The notes under the pieces are model-generated. The model was not told where the DNA came from and did no database searches. It worked only from the letters and a program-made list of their open reading frames with translations. Shown here one piece after another: positions 30,331-32,000 of a stretch of 32,000 nt of DNA; positions within the stretch are counted from its first letter, which is position 1, and each line of letters begins with the position of its first letter. Made by a program: the position numbers and the translations under genes. The DNA comes from Corynebacterium amycolatum (GTDB taxonomy: Bacteria > Actinomycetota > Actinomycetes > Mycobacteriales > Mycobacteriaceae): NCBI RefSeq assembly GCF_049243625.1, contig NZ_CP046975.1; one strand, written 5' to 3'.

Positions 30331-32000
30331 CTACTTCGCGTCGAACTCGCGGGCACGAAGAGCGAGCTTCACCAGGAACTGCTGCTCAGAGATGATGCGC
30401 TTGACCGGCGACGCAGTCTCATCGCTGTCGAGCAAGCACTGAGCGGCCGCAATTGCCGACTCGCTGATCTCCCAGGTGGGGTAGAAGCCCTCGAGCAGAG
30501 TCTGGGCCGTCTCGGAGGAGAACTGCTTCCACCAGATGTTGGCAACGGCGAAGAAGTGCTCCGACAGCGAAGTCGCCGACTGCTCCGCGTTGATGGTGGC
30601 GCGGGAGTCGTCGTCAAGCGCCTGTGCGAGCACCTCACCCGAGCCCGGCGCGTTGAAGCCGGCCAGCAAGTGGCGAATGACAAGGTTCGACGGGGCATCG
30701 TTGCCGGAGACCGTCGCCTCTGCCCAGACGCGGGACTTGTTGGCGAGCGTCGGCACAGAGGCGCGGCAGGCGATGGCGGCCTGCGCACCTAGTGCCGAGT
30801 TGTCGGTCTTTTCAAGCTTTGCGATGGCTTCCTCGCCCTCGAGACCGGCGGAAACCAGCGCCTTCAGGGCGCGCCACTGCATGTCGGTGTCTACCGCGAC
30901 AGCTGGGAAACCAGCCTTGTCTGCGTCACCAGCGTAGATGGCGCGCAGTGCGTCAACGACGTCGCTATTCGACGAGCCCACGGTGGTCAAAGCGTTAACG
31001 AAAACCAGGGCGCGGTCGGCGTCGGTTTCCTTCTTCGCGTTGTCCAACAGGCCTTGAGCCAGCAGGTCGCGGCCGGTGGAATCAGCCCACTGTGGATCGG
31101 CGTAGACGTTGACGGCGCTGACCGCCTGAGCGATGACGCGCTCCAAGACGGAGAGCTTGTCCTCGCCCGGGATGCCGCGGAGCACCAGGTTGACGAAGTC
31201 GCGAGCGCGCATCTGGCCTGCGCGAACCATCTGCCAGGTCGCGGACCAGCACAGTGTGCGTGCCATTGAATCGGTGAAGGCGCCGATGTTGTCGATGACG
31301 GTGGCAAGCGAGCCTTCGTCCAAGCGGATCATGCTGTAGGTGAGGTCGTCGTCGTTAACCAGCACGACATCGCCGACTGGAGTGTCGACCAGCTCTGGGA
31401 CTTCGGTGCGTGCACCACGGACGTCGATTTCCACGCGCTTGGTGCGCTCGAGTACGGCATCCGATCCGGTGCCGCGCAGGTTGTAGATACCCACGGCGAT
31501 TCGGTGATCGCGGAGTTCTCCGGCACCCGGCTCGGCACCTTCCTGTGTGACTGCGAAGGAGGTGTACTTACCGGCCGACTGGCGGAAGTCCGGTGCCAGG
31601 GTGGTGATACCGGTGGTGGTCAGCCACTGATCGGCCCAGCCAGACAGATCGCGACCGGAAGCCTCGGAGAGCGCGTCCAGCAGGTCCGCGAAGGTGGCAT
31701 TGCCAAAGCGGTGACGGGCAAAGTGCATACGAGCACCGGCGAGGAAAGCATCCTGACCAACGTAGGCGGCCAGCTGCTTGAGGGTGGACGCGCCCTTGGC
31801 GTAGGTGATGCCGTCGAAGTTCTGCTCGACGGTGTCAATGTCGCTGGCGTCGGCGGCAATCGGGTGCGTCGACGGTAGCTGATCTTGCTTGTAGGCCCAG
31901 GCCTTTTCGACGTTGGCGAAAGTGGTCCAAGCGTGGCTGTAATCGGAAACCTCGACCTGAGCGGCGGCGGCCGACCAGGTGGCGAAGGACTCATTGAGCC
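30331..32000 (-). CDS. pepN: Aminopeptidase N (M1 family), C-terminal about 555 codons; 5' part lies beyond the window
   Basis: The frame stays open upstream of the ORF-track Met (31728) to the window edge. It translates ...LNESFATWSAAAAQ...THPIAADASDIDTVEQNFDGITYAKGASTLKQLAAYVGQDAFLAGARMHFARHRFGNATFADLL..., the post-HEXXH-E region of M1 aminopeptidases. An ERAP1-like helical C-terminal domain follows. Confidence 0.93.
   Translation of the reverse strand, partial: LNESFATWSAAAAQVEVSDYSHAWTTFANVEKAWAYKQDQLPSTHPIAADASDIDTVEQNFDGITYAKGASTLKQLAAYVGQDAFLAGARMHFARHRFGNATFADLLDALSEASGRDLSGWADQWLTTTGITTLAPDFRQSAGKYTSFAVTQEGAEPGAGELRDHRIAVGIYNLRGTGSDAVLERTKRVEIDVRGARTEVPELVDTPVGDVVLVNDDDLTYSMIRLDEGSLATVIDNIGAFTDSMARTLCWSATWQMVRAGQMRARDFVNLVLRGIPGEDKLSVLERVIAQAVSAVNVYADPQWADSTGRDLLAQGLLDNAKKETDADRALVFVNALTTVGSSNSDVVDALRAIYAGDADKAGFPAVAVDTDMQWRALKALVSAGLEGEEAIAKLEKTDNSALGAQAAIACRASVPTLANKSRVWAEATVSGNDAPSNLVIRHLLAGFNAPGSGEVLAQALDDDSRATINAEQSATSLSEHFFAVANIWWKQFSSETAQTLLEGFYPTWEISESAIAAAQCLLDSDETASPVKRIISEQQFLVKLALRAREFDAK

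Overview
This window reads as a chromosomal core segment of a Corynebacterium-type actinobacterium (order Mycobacteriales). It carries a 3048-aa type I fatty acid synthase translationally coupled to acpS. Further along are bcp, a DUF3618 gene, an LppS/LdtB-like L,D-transpeptidase lipoprotein and orn. The right half holds a CopD/CtaG fusion (CtiP-like), an SSB paralog next to ettA, a hot-dog thioesterase, trHbO globin and the 3' part of pepN. From memory, this order mirrors M. tuberculosis Rv2524c to Rv2467. Three single tRNA genes sit on the minus strand (Lys-CTT, His-GTG, Arg-TCT), each with its own hairpin terminator. Less conserved-looking modules are interspersed: (i) at the left edge, a small Sec-exported Cys protein followed by two tandem, diverged cytoplasmic paralogs and a tiny acidic ORF; (ii) a surface protein built from three neocarzinostatin-like repeats, next to a TetR gene; (iii) a NarL-type two-component system divergent from a MacB/FtsX-type ABC exporter; (iv) a second TetR gene. 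I saw no rRNA, CRISPR array, transposase, integrase or phage genes. The most unusual item is the left-edge cassette, a candidate exported toxin or bacteriocin with duplicated immunity genes; this is inference only. The 660-bp ORF-free region between tRNA-Lys and the transpeptidase gene is also notable. It contains three 11-bp A-tract repeats and four helically phased ACGTYCGGY direct repeats. Several short repeats and palindromes in promoter regions are listed as candidate operators. All family calls come from motifs read by eye. No database search was run.
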